Positions 38,658 through 47,417 of a stretch of DNA of 64,000 nt are shown here, piece after piece (within the stretch, counting starts at the first letter, position 1; every line of letters begins with the position of its first letter). Made by a program: the position numbers and the translations under genes. The notes under the pieces were generated by a model, which ran no database searches, was not told the origin of the DNA, and saw only the letters and a list, made by a program, of their open reading frames with translations. Location of the stretch: NCBI GenBank assembly GCA_030688365.1, contig JAUYIE010000021.1:9866-73865 (forward strand), given 5' to 3'. Source of the DNA: a bacterium (GTDB taxonomy: Bacteria; Patescibacteriota; Patescibacteriia; JACQRZ01).

Positions 38658-38686
38658 TTGACGTTATCCACAGGGCGTGCTATACT
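38658..38686 (+). promoter_or_regulatory. Sigma70 promoter with a perfect DnaA box in the spacer
   Basis: TTGACG-ttatccacagggcgtgc(17 nt)-TATACT; TTATCCACA at 38664-38672. Confidence 0.7.
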
Positions 38687-38792
38687 AAGTGTTAAATACA
38701 TTAGTTCGCAAGGTGCAAATCTTTAAGTTTGTACCCTCCGCGAAGCAACAGTCGACTCAATGTAGGTGAAGAATTTAGTTTTAGTTTATACT

Positions 38793-39134
38793 ATGGCAAA
38801 AAAATTATACGTTGGAGGTATCAACTTCTCAACGACAGACGAAGCACTTCGTGAAGCTTTTTCACAAGCCGGTACCGTAGAGTCCGCAACGATCATCATG
38901 GATCGTGATAGCGGTCGCTCAAAAGGTTTCGGTTTCGTAGAAATGGCAAGCGATGAGCAAGCTACCGCAGCTATTGAAATGTTCAATGGCAAGGAGCTCG
39001 ACGGCCGACGCCTTACTGTAAGCGAAGCACGCCCAATGGGTGAACGCCCAGCTCGCAGTGGAGGCAACAGTTTTGGCGGTGGTCGCAATAGCGGTGGTCG
39101 TGGTAACGATTACGGCTCACGCAACCAGTGGTAA
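38793..39134 (+). CDS. RRM RNA-binding protein with Gly-rich tail
   Basis: RNP2 KLYVGGI, RNP1 KGFGFVEM, GRRLTVSEARP. Confidence 0.95.
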   Translation: MAKKLYVGGINFSTTDEALREAFSQAGTVESATIIMDRDSGRSKGFGFVEMASDEQATAAIEMFNGKELDGRRLTVSEARPMGERPARSGGNSFGGGRNSGGRGNDYGSRNQW

Positions 39135-39150
39135 TTCGTTGATTTCGACA

Positions 39151-39190
39151 GAGGCACCCTGTCCGCCAGTAGGCGGAGGGGGTGTTTTTG
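39151..39190 (+). terminator. Terminator with tccgcc-agta-ggcgga palindrome in the loop
   Basis: ggcaccct/gggggtgtt stem plus T-tract. Confidence 0.65.
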
Positions 39191-39239
39191 TATACGTTGG
39201 CGCGCTATACTGATTTTATCCCAAAGGGATACCCTAGAT

Positions 39240-40799
39240 ATGAAACCATTTTTAAAACAACCCATTCCCACACAGCCCGGTTGTTATTTAATGAAAGATA
39301 AAGACAGTACAGTGTTATATGTGGGAAAAGCGAAAAACCTGCAAAAGCGGGTAGCTTCATATTGGCGCGCGACTGACGAAAAGACCGTCGCGTTGGTATC
39401 CGAAATATCTGACATTGAGTTTATTATCACTGGCAATGAGGTGGAGGCGTTGATTTTGGAAGCGCAACTTATAAAAAAATATCATCCGCATTATAATATT
39501 GACCTCAAGGACGGTCAGCGATATGCGTTTTTGAAACTCACAAAAGAAGAATATCCTCGTCTGCAAGTCGCTCGCGCGGTGAAAAATGATGGCAAATATT
39601 TTGGCCCGTTTCCTTCAGGAGGTGCTCGAACGGCGGCCATGAACGCGGCGAACAAGATTTTTGGCCTCTGTAAATACCGTGGGCTCAAAAAGCCGTGCTT
39701 GCGGTATCATCTCGGATATTGTCGTGGTGCATGTGCGGGCCTGATTTCAAAAGAAGAATACGGCGAGATCATCAAAGATGTTGAACGCTTTTTTAATGGC
39801 GAATATGCAATATTGATCAAGAAAATACACGAGCAAATGGCAGATGCATCAAAAGCAGAGCAGTTTGAAAAAGCAAAAATGTATCGAGATCAACTTCTTA
39901 ATCTTGAAAAGCTTCAAGATCAGAGTGTTTCACGACCAAAGTCGTATGATCAAGATGTGGTAAATTATGTTGTGATGGGTGCAAGTATGATTGTGCAGTT
40001 GTTTCACTTCGATAAAGGGATTATTTCTGGACGCAAAGAATATACTTTTGATTTGGATACGTTGATAGTGCAAACACCTCAAGACGCACTGGGTAGTTTT
40101 TTACGACAGTATTATGCGAGTCACAATGTACCGCAAGAGATTGTTGTACCTGATGTATTGCCTGAACAAAAAATCATTGAAGCATTTTTGGTTCATATCG
40201 CCGGACGCAAAGTCGTATTGACGGTACCGACACGAGGTTTGAAGAAAAAACTACTTGCAATGGTGAAAGAAAATTTGACAGTTGGTTTGGGGCAAGGCGG
40301 TGGGCAATTGTATGAACTCAAAACCGCGTTGAAACTGGATATACTACCAAAGACCATCAATTGTGTTGATATTTCACATTTGGGCGGAACAGAGATGGTC
40401 GGTTCGTTGGTACAGTTTCATAATGGCGCGTCAGCGAAGGGGCAATATAGGAAATTTATTATAAAGCATGGCAAAGGGAATAATGACTTTGCGTCTATGG
40501 AGGAAGTGTTGACGCGTTACTTGGAACGCATGAAAGAAAAGAAAGAAACACTGCCAGATCTATTTGTCGTGGATGGGGGACGAGGACAACTTAATATTGC
40601 TATACGCGTATTCGGTGTGCACGGGATAGATATCCCATTGATCGGTCTTGCGAAACGACTTGAAGAAATATATGTCTCATGGGCGAAATTGCCATTGCGT
40701 TTACCGCCAAAAAGCCCTGCACTTCAGTTACTCCGCGCTCTCCGTGACGAAGCGCACCGATTCGCGATTACATTTCAGAGGAAGAGGAGGAGAGCTTAG
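39240..40799 (+). CDS. uvrC: Excinuclease ABC subunit C (no C-terminal HhH domain)
   Basis: GIY-YIG PGCY..LYVGKAKNL, DISH, DFASM, VDGGRGQL, RDEAHRFA. Confidence 0.95.
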   Translation: MKPFLKQPIPTQPGCYLMKDKDSTVLYVGKAKNLQKRVASYWRATDEKTVALVSEISDIEFIITGNEVEALILEAQLIKKYHPHYNIDLKDGQRYAFLKLTKEEYPRLQVARAVKNDGKYFGPFPSGGARTAAMNAANKIFGLCKYRGLKKPCLRYHLGYCRGACAGLISKEEYGEIIKDVERFFNGEYAILIKKIHEQMADASKAEQFEKAKMYRDQLLNLEKLQDQSVSRPKSYDQDVVNYVVMGASMIVQLFHFDKGIISGRKEYTFDLDTLIVQTPQDALGSFLRQYYASHNVPQEIVVPDVLPEQKIIEAFLVHIAGRKVVLTVPTRGLKKKLLAMVKENLTVGLGQGGGQLYELKTALKLDILPKTINCVDISHLGGTEMVGSLVQFHNGASAKGQYRKFIIKHGKGNNDFASMEEVLTRYLERMKEKKETLPDLFVVDGGRGQLNIAIRVFGVHGIDIPLIGLAKRLEEIYVSWAKLPLRLPPKSPALQLLRALRDEAHRFAITFQRKRRRA

Positions 40800-40811
40800 T
40801 ATTTGTAGGAT

Positions 40812-41210
40812 TTATTTACCAGCTTTTTCCAAAATGCTCTGGAGTTCATTTTTACTAAAATCATGATTCATATAATGTTCTTTGCCAGAAAAGATATCTG
40901 CCACAAACATCCTCGGATCTGCACCATGCGTTTTAATAATTGCTTTCGCGGCTTTGTTTTTTGATATGTAAGAGTGAAAATCACTAGGTGACAGGCCTTC
41001 TCTATGTGCTTGATCCTGGTCAAATCCGCTTTTTGTATAGCCTATTTTTTGCATTTCGTCTTCTGTGAGACGTAGTGCTTCCGGAGACGATACTTCGTCA
41101 TAGCCTAGTTTTGTGGTTATATCTTTTAGCCATTCTAATGATTCTTCTTTATCCTTTAGTCTTTCTTCATCCATTTGATGCACTTTTTCAGGTGACCATG
41201 TACCTTCCAT
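40812..41210 (-). CDS. Hypothetical protein
   Basis: 132-aa ORF, protein-like charged composition. Confidence 0.6.
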   Translation of the reverse strand: MEGTWSPEKVHQMDEERLKDKEESLEWLKDITTKLGYDEVSSPEALRLTEDEMQKIGYTKSGFDQDQAHREGLSPSDFHSYISKNKAAKAIIKTHGADPRMFVADIFSGKEHYMNHDFSKNELQSILEKAGK

Positions 41211-41228
41211 ATCTACTTTGGTTATTAG

Positions 41229-41419
41229 TTATAGGGATATCAATATTTTACTACTCATATAATCCAACGCTTCATCTTTGGTAAATCTCTTCTCTCTTTC
41301 TCTCCTCTGTTTTTCCCATGGTGAATTTCTTGAAAAAGCAATATTTTCAACTATAAACACCAGAATAGCTTCCTGATCTTTGAAATAGAGTTTTTACCGT
41401 CTCTGATAGCACATAGCAT
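41229..41419 (-). pseudogene. Frameshifted, internally shortened paralog of the 57990 gene
   Basis: MLCAIRDGK / shift in A5 run / LYFKDQEAILVFIVENIAF...KDEALDYM aligns with MLNVQREGQQLHFDDEKELLVFIAEKMAF...KDEALQYM. Confidence 0.65.
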
Positions 41420-41453
41420 ATAGTGATGGGTATGTGTAAACCGTAACTTTTTC

Positions 41454-41786
41454 TTAAAACGCAATGCCATGTTCTCGCACAGCCGATGGTATGGTCATGT
41501 ATTTGTTGGCAATATCCTTTTTTGCAACGAGATGGGTCTCAAAACGAGGGTCTACTCCATGAGCTAATATATACACTTTGCGCATCAACGTATCATAATT
41601 TTTCTTAGTAAGTGTAGGTACTACCACCGCGACATCAATATCGCTTTCTGGAAAAGCGTTGCCTTTTGCTCGACTGCCAAAGAGATAATAATCAGATACG
41701 ATAATACTTTCCTGTTTCATGCGTTTTTTCATCGCAAGAAGCTGTTTCTTTATTTCAGGATCTATTTGCTTCCTTTTTGTAGCCAT
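41454..41786 (-). CDS. Minimal nucleotidyltransferase (MNT)
   Basis: YLFGSRAKG....SDIDVAVV, 110 aa. Confidence 0.9.
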   Translation of the reverse strand: MATKRKQIDPEIKKQLLAMKKRMKQESIIVSDYYLFGSRAKGNAFPESDIDVAVVVPTLTKKNYDTLMRKVYILAHGVDPRFETHLVAKKDIANKYMTIPSAVREHGIAF

Positions 41787-42151
41787 ACAAAGTATTCATT
41801 TATTCGCTTCCACCAGTACTCTGCTATTTCTGGTGTAGTTGTTTTACGTAACAGAGCTTTTTCTTCCGGATAACGACCCTCAATATTAAAAAGGTTAATT
41901 TGGAGCAGGCCTTCCTCTTGTTCTTTGCGCAATTCAATATGGGCTTTGTGGGCAAGTTGGGCTAGGTCATGAGTATAAGGCGCGTTTGCTTCGCCATATT
42001 CTATGACAAGACTTTTGAGGAGTTTTTCCAACGCAAGGTGTCCAAAAAAGAGTGCATGATCAAAACGCTTTGTTTTCATGAGATAACCGGCGGTCTCCAG
42101 CGCATCTTTTGCGCCTTCTCGCCAGTGTTTGATAAGCTCTTTTTGTGACAT
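41762..42151 (-). CDS. HEPN domain protein
   Basis: ALFFGHLALEKLLKS, THDLAQLA, RYP; overlaps MNT gene. Confidence 0.9.
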   Translation of the reverse strand: MSQKELIKHWREGAKDALETAGYLMKTKRFDHALFFGHLALEKLLKSLVIEYGEANAPYTHDLAQLAHKAHIELRKEQEEGLLQINLFNIEGRYPEEKALLRKTTTPEIAEYWWKRINEYFVWLQKGSK

Positions 42152-42306
42152 AGATACTGTTTCTCATTACCATAATCATATCGTGTTTCGATGATACTGT
42201 AAATGATCTGTAGTAAATGTCTAAACTCCGAATAGAAATCTCACACGAAAGGTCACCTTGCCCAAACCCTCCTTATACGCTATTCTTATACGTATAGTAT
42301 TCGCTT

Positions 42307-42993
42307 ATGTCTACTCTCTACGTTGTCGCGACGCCTATCGGAAACCTTGAAGATATCACTGTACGTGCAGTGCGTATTTTGAAAGAGGTAGACCTTATCT
42401 TATGCGAGGATACGCGCCATACAAAACAGTTGCTTACTCGGTATGAGATAAAAACACCTACTCAAAGCTATCATCAGCATTCCAGTGGCGGGAAAGTAAA
42501 AACGATTGTTGAGATGCTGGAATCAGGAAAAAATCTTGCCATGGTGTCAGATGCAGGGACGCCCGGTATCAACGATCCCGGAGTTTTGTTAGTGAAGGAA
42601 CTTGTCACGCAGATGGATGGGAATATCAATATCGTCCCTATCCCCGGAGCATCGGCGGTGATCACGGCGCTCTGTGTGTCCGGTTTTCCTTCGCATGAGT
42701 TTTCATATCTTGGTTTTGTACCTCATAAAAAAGGACGACAGACAATTTTTCAAACTATTGCTCAAAGTGAAACGACCACTGTTTTCTATGAATCATCTCA
42801 TCGCATCATGAAGACGTTGGATGCATTGGGATCAGTGTTAGAACCGACACGTCAGCTCATCGTATGTCGAGAATTGACCAAACTACATGAAACTATGTAT
42901 CGCGGTACTTGTGCCACGGTTATTGAATCTCTTAAAAAAACTTCTACAAAAGGAGAATTTGTTATTATCATAGCACCCCGTTCGTGGGGCTAA
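42307..42993 (+). CDS. rsmI: 16S rRNA (C1402-2'-O)-methyltransferase
   Basis: LYVVATPIGNLEDIT, CEDTR, VSDAGTPGINDPG, RELTKLHE. Confidence 0.97.
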   Translation: MSTLYVVATPIGNLEDITVRAVRILKEVDLILCEDTRHTKQLLTRYEIKTPTQSYHQHSSGGKVKTIVEMLESGKNLAMVSDAGTPGINDPGVLLVKELVTQMDGNINIVPIPGASAVITALCVSGFPSHEFSYLGFVPHKKGRQTIFQTIAQSETTTVFYESSHRIMKTLDALGSVLEPTRQLIVCRELTKLHETMYRGTCATVIESLKKTSTKGEFVIIIAPRSWG

Positions 42994-43002
42994 TCATATA
43001 CT

Positions 43003-44364
43003 ATGGATTATTTTCCACATATACCACTTATCCCACGTATCAAAGCAGTGGCGGTGCGTACTAATAAAACTGCTCTTGGACTGATTATACTACTTGGTTT
43101 AGTTGCTATCGGAGCAATTTTTGTCATCAATGGCAAACAACCTGTCTCTATGAACGACACGATGACCATTCAACCTTCATTAAAGACATTATTAAAGAAT
43201 GCAAATACCATCGCAAATCCTCCTATTTATTATGCGTTACTTTCAGGACAGGATGGTGGGGATGTGCCAAAAGACAAAACATCTATTTATTTGCTCAACA
43301 CTGCGCTGGATAAACCCGATACTCTTGTGGTGGAGCACAATGGTTGGTTACATTTTTATGATACAAACAAAATAGAACACACGTGGCTTGCATCGGTTAC
43401 AAATAGTCTCTATATAATCAAGCCGGATGAAAAGAAGATAGACACAGTGATTACTGCACCCGATGGTTTTGTGATTGATAGTGCTAAATTTTCTCATGAT
43501 ACAAAAAAAATTGCCTACACGATCACTAATGAACGTATGCAAGACGACATGGTGACAGACTTCGTGAAGGCAGGTGAACTTTATATCTATGATATAAATT
43601 CAAAGGAAGCAACTAAAATCATGAGTCGTACTGATTTGGGTGTATACGAACCGGATACCCAGTCAAGTCGCACGGAGTTACTGGTAGATGCCTGGACGGC
43701 TGATGATACCAAAATAATCGGGTCAATGCAGACAAGCGGACTTTCAGGTGTTATTGACGGTGAACGTTTTTATGTTGAGCTTACTGATAATAATATCGTA
43801 AAAAAAATTGACATCACGCCCGTGGGTCATCGATTGGCTTCACTCTATAATGGAATAGTCAGTAATGATGGGCGATATATTGCATATCATTTTTGTCCCT
43901 CATTTGACTACGGACATGATCCATATATTGATTTGGTGTGTCCAAAAGGAGAGGAGATCATGCTTGCTGATACAATGACAGGTCAAGCAAAAAGTGTGTA
44001 CCAAAACTCCGATTTTGCTGATATTCTCGATAGTCATATATTACGCAATATCTACTCAATATATTGGATTGACGACGCCACTCTTGCATTTAGTACCACA
44101 AGTGGTATTTTCCAGACAGGGATATCACGAGAAAAAGCCACATTGTTGTATCCTTTTGAGTGGAAATACGATCCTACAAAAAGTCTTATTGACAGGCCGA
44201 GTATCAGTGCGATATTTGGTGAGAATGTAATCATAACCACGCCAGAGACAGCAGTGACGGCCTTACAAGGGCACGCACTAATCAATCTCACAACAAAAAA
44301 GTTATTTGCGTTGCCGCCAACAGTGGCATCTGATTCATTGCTATTGCAATTTCTTTCCTACTAA
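43003..44364 (+). CDS. Membrane-anchored beta-propeller-like protein
   Basis: N-terminal TM; FSHDTKKIAY and VSNDGRYIAY TolB/WD-like motifs. Confidence 0.65.
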   Translation: MDYFPHIPLIPRIKAVAVRTNKTALGLIILLGLVAIGAIFVINGKQPVSMNDTMTIQPSLKTLLKNANTIANPPIYYALLSGQDGGDVPKDKTSIYLLNTALDKPDTLVVEHNGWLHFYDTNKIEHTWLASVTNSLYIIKPDEKKIDTVITAPDGFVIDSAKFSHDTKKIAYTITNERMQDDMVTDFVKAGELYIYDINSKEATKIMSRTDLGVYEPDTQSSRTELLVDAWTADDTKIIGSMQTSGLSGVIDGERFYVELTDNNIVKKIDITPVGHRLASLYNGIVSNDGRYIAYHFCPSFDYGHDPYIDLVCPKGEEIMLADTMTGQAKSVYQNSDFADILDSHILRNIYSIYWIDDATLAFSTTSGIFQTGISREKATLLYPFEWKYDPTKSLIDRPSISAIFGENVIITTPETAVTALQGHALINLTTKKLFALPPTVASDSLLLQFLSY

Positions 44365-44373
44365 TTTTCTGTT

Positions 44374-45912
44374 ATGTCTGATAAAAAAACATTTTATATA
44401 ACCACGCCGATTTATTACGTCAATGATAAACCGCATATTGGTCATGCCTATACGTCTATCACTGGGGATGTGCTTGCGCGGTATCATCGCATGAAAGGCG
44501 ATCAGGTTTTCTTTTTGATGGGGGTGGATGAAAATAGTCAAAAAAATGTTGAAGCGTTTGAAAAATCAGGGTGCGAGACATTGGAACAATATTTGGGTAT
44601 ACAAGCGGCCATTTGGCAACAGGCGTGGGATAGTATCAATATCACTAATGATGGGTTTATTCGTACCACCGAAGAACGCCACAAAATCGGCGTATACAAG
44701 TTTTTTGATTTGGTCAATAAAAAAGGGGATATCTATAAAGGGCTATATAAAGGATACTACTGCAATGGCTGTGAAGAGTTTATTAAACAGTCAGACCTTC
44801 TTGATGGTGAAATATGTGCTATGCATAAAAAGAAAGTGGAGACGATTGAAGAAGAAAATTATTTTTTCTCTGCGTCAAAGTATAAAGATGCATTGCTGGC
44901 ACATATAGAAAAGAATCCTGATTTTATCCAACCAATCAGTCGTCGCAATGAAGTGGTAAATTATATAAAGGATCATTTTGGGGATGTAAGTATTTCTCGT
45001 CATTTTCAAGTTGCAAAATGTGGTATTCCTTTGCCGATAGATCCGGATCATGCCATCTATGTATGGTTTGATGCGCTGATAAACTACCTTACCGGGATTG
45101 GCTATGGTACTGACGACGAGGCATTTGATGTATTGTGGCCTGCGAGTATGCATATCGTCGGTAAAGATATTCTCAAATTCCACTGTGCGTTATGGCCGGC
45201 AATGTTGATGTCTGCGGGGTTGCCACTTCCAGAAAAAGTATTTGCGCACGGATTTTTTACCATTGATGGAGATAGGATCGGCAAGTCATTGGGTAATGCC
45301 ATTGACCCCGTAGAGTTATCTCGTACCTATGGTGTGGATACGGTACGATATTTCCTCATGCGTGAAATACCGTTTGGCGAAGATGGTGATTTTTCCTTTG
45401 AGCGTTTGAAAGAACGATACGAAAGTGACTTAGCAAAAGGGTTAGGAAATTTTGCAAGTCGTGTACTCACACTGGCGGAAAAAGTAGATGAAAAAAGTCT
45501 TGATGATATCACCGGTCTGGATGACGAAGAAGCGCAACAGATGATTGTAAATGCATGGGAACAGTATGCAATAGGGATAGAAAAAGTGGCTCTTGATGAC
45601 GTACTCAAAACAGTCTGGGAGTGTTTGCGTTGGGGGGATAAATATATAGAACAAAACAAACCATGGGCGTTGGCGAAAGAAGACCCTGAACATTTTGCTC
45701 AAACAATGGTATTATTATTGGAGGTGCTTCGTCATATCAGCGCGATGGTGTATCCGTTTCTACCCGAGACCGCAGAAAAGTTGTGGAAATTGTTGGATAT
45801 AGAGAGTCTGGAACGATCGCATTCATCCGCACAGCTCATCAAATGGATCCCGGGGGCGGTCACCAAGCCCACAAAAGGCGTGCCGTTGTTTCCACCTATT
45901 GAACAACCATAA
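44374..45912 (+). CDS. metG: Methionine--tRNA ligase (short form)
   Basis: FYITTPIYYVNDKPHIGHAY, YVWFDALINY, GKDILKFH, KMSKS variant RIGKS. Confidence 0.97.
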   Translation: MSDKKTFYITTPIYYVNDKPHIGHAYTSITGDVLARYHRMKGDQVFFLMGVDENSQKNVEAFEKSGCETLEQYLGIQAAIWQQAWDSINITNDGFIRTTEERHKIGVYKFFDLVNKKGDIYKGLYKGYYCNGCEEFIKQSDLLDGEICAMHKKKVETIEEENYFFSASKYKDALLAHIEKNPDFIQPISRRNEVVNYIKDHFGDVSISRHFQVAKCGIPLPIDPDHAIYVWFDALINYLTGIGYGTDDEAFDVLWPASMHIVGKDILKFHCALWPAMLMSAGLPLPEKVFAHGFFTIDGDRIGKSLGNAIDPVELSRTYGVDTVRYFLMREIPFGEDGDFSFERLKERYESDLAKGLGNFASRVLTLAEKVDEKSLDDITGLDDEEAQQMIVNAWEQYAIGIEKVALDDVLKTVWECLRWGDKYIEQNKPWALAKEDPEHFAQTMVLLLEVLRHISAMVYPFLPETAEKLWKLLDIESLERSHSSAQLIKWIPGAVTKPTKGVPLFPPIEQP

Positions 45913-45939
45913 TCAATAATCGTTTATATTGCTTGTCCT

Positions 45940-46524
45940 ATGAATACCATTGATCTCACGATCCTTATCGTTCTCGCTGTCTTTGCTTTACTCGGTCTTA
46001 TAAAAGGATTTATTAGACAAGTGGGATCATTGATTGGACTGTTCGTGGGGTTGTTTCTTGCAGGTAAGTTTGTATGGCCTGTTGCACAATATATTCGCGG
46101 TGGTTTTGCGCAATATCCGGCTATTGCAGATCCGTTGTCATATTTGGTTGCTTTTTTTCTGATATTTTTTGTCGTGACAATTATTATCGGCATTTTAGTC
46201 AAGGCGGTTGATAAAGTGTTTAATTTGTTTGCTGTTTTACCATTTTTAAAAACTATCAATCGACTTGGTGGTGCGGTACTTGGATTGTTGGAAGGGGCAT
46301 TTTTTGTCGCAGCAGTGGTGTATATATTGATTTCACTTCCCATCAATGTCGGTTTGACAGAAAAAATAAATACTACAACAACGGGTCGTTTTTTTTCCAC
46401 ATTTGCTTTAACAGTCAAACCCTTTTTGCCTGATCTATCTAAAATTGATTTGAGTAAGTTGTTGCCCCCCATGCAATTTACCGTTCCTGTTGGGGGTGAT
46501 ATACCAAAAGTGTTAGAAAAGTAA
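45940..46524 (+). CDS. cvpA: CvpA (colicin V production) family membrane protein
   Basis: MNTID, GLIKGFIRQ, NRLGGAVLG. Confidence 0.88.
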   Translation: MNTIDLTILIVLAVFALLGLIKGFIRQVGSLIGLFVGLFLAGKFVWPVAQYIRGGFAQYPAIADPLSYLVAFFLIFFVVTIIIGILVKAVDKVFNLFAVLPFLKTINRLGGAVLGLLEGAFFVAAVVYILISLPINVGLTEKINTTTTGRFFSTFALTVKPFLPDLSKIDLSKLLPPMQFTVPVGGDIPKVLEK

Positions 46525-46536
46525 ACAGAACATTGT

Positions 46537-47343
46537 ATGGAAACTCCATGGATGATTGATACACATTGCCATCTGAATCTGGGACAATATAATGAGGACT
46601 ATCAAACTATCATCGACGATGCCTTAGAGCACAAGACTGCGATTATTATTCCCGGCTGTGATTTGGCGAGCAGTAAAAAGGGTGTAGAAATTACTACTGC
46701 GTATACAGGTAAACCAATCTGGGCGGCAGTGGGTCAACATCCGACAGAAACAGGCGAAGAATGGGATGAAAAAGTGTATAGTGATCTTGCTCGGTCAGAT
46801 TTCGTCGTTGCGATAGGGGAGATTGGTTTGGATTATTTTCATTTGCCACAAGATGCACTGGAGCGCGAACACGCGGTCATTGCGCAAAAAAAACTTTTGC
46901 AACAACAACTGGATTTGGCACATGAAGTCAAAAAGCCGGTGATTTTACATTGTCGGGACGCTCATGATGATTTGATAGAGATGCTGATAAAACAATATGG
47001 CGTTTGGACAAGTGATCGCGAGCGGGGTGTGATACACTGTTTCACTGCAGGCATACGTGAAGCGCAAAGCTATCTTGATCTTGGTTTTTTGATTTCCTTT
47101 ACCGGGATTGTGACGTTTACCAACGAATACGATGATGTTTTGAAAGATATACCTTTTGAAAAACTGATGTTGGATTCTGATGCGCCATTTTTATCACCTG
47201 TACCTCATCGAGGGAAAAGGAATCATCCTCGCTACGTAGAGTTTATTGCAAAAAAGATTGCAGAAGTGAAAGGTGTTACATTTGAAGCAGTTGTCATGCA
47301 AACAAGTAAAAATGCACGACGATTATTTGAGATATCTTTTTGA
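46537..47343 (+). CDS. tatD: TatD family hydrolase
   Basis: IDTHCHL, IGEIGLDY, LHCRDA, IHCF, DAPFLSP..HRGKRN. Confidence 0.93.
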   Translation: METPWMIDTHCHLNLGQYNEDYQTIIDDALEHKTAIIIPGCDLASSKKGVEITTAYTGKPIWAAVGQHPTETGEEWDEKVYSDLARSDFVVAIGEIGLDYFHLPQDALEREHAVIAQKKLLQQQLDLAHEVKKPVILHCRDAHDDLIEMLIKQYGVWTSDRERGVIHCFTAGIREAQSYLDLGFLISFTGIVTFTNEYDDVLKDIPFEKLMLDSDAPFLSPVPHRGKRNHPRYVEFIAKKIAEVKGVTFEAVVMQTSKNARRLFEISF

Positions 47344-47417
47344 TATCCACTTTTAAATAATTGTGGGGGGGTAAAAGAGTGGTATACTAAATGCGTACTT
47401 CCTATACTGTGGACAAG

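Noticed and set aside
9663-38672. DnaA boxes (9663, 10349, 14897, 33590, 38664) as oriC
   Set aside because: Scattered, three inside CDSs, no cluster and no dnaA/dnaN nearby
45270-45295. MetRS RIGKS in place of KMSKS as inactivation
   Set aside because: The second Lys is retained and the rest of the enzyme is intact
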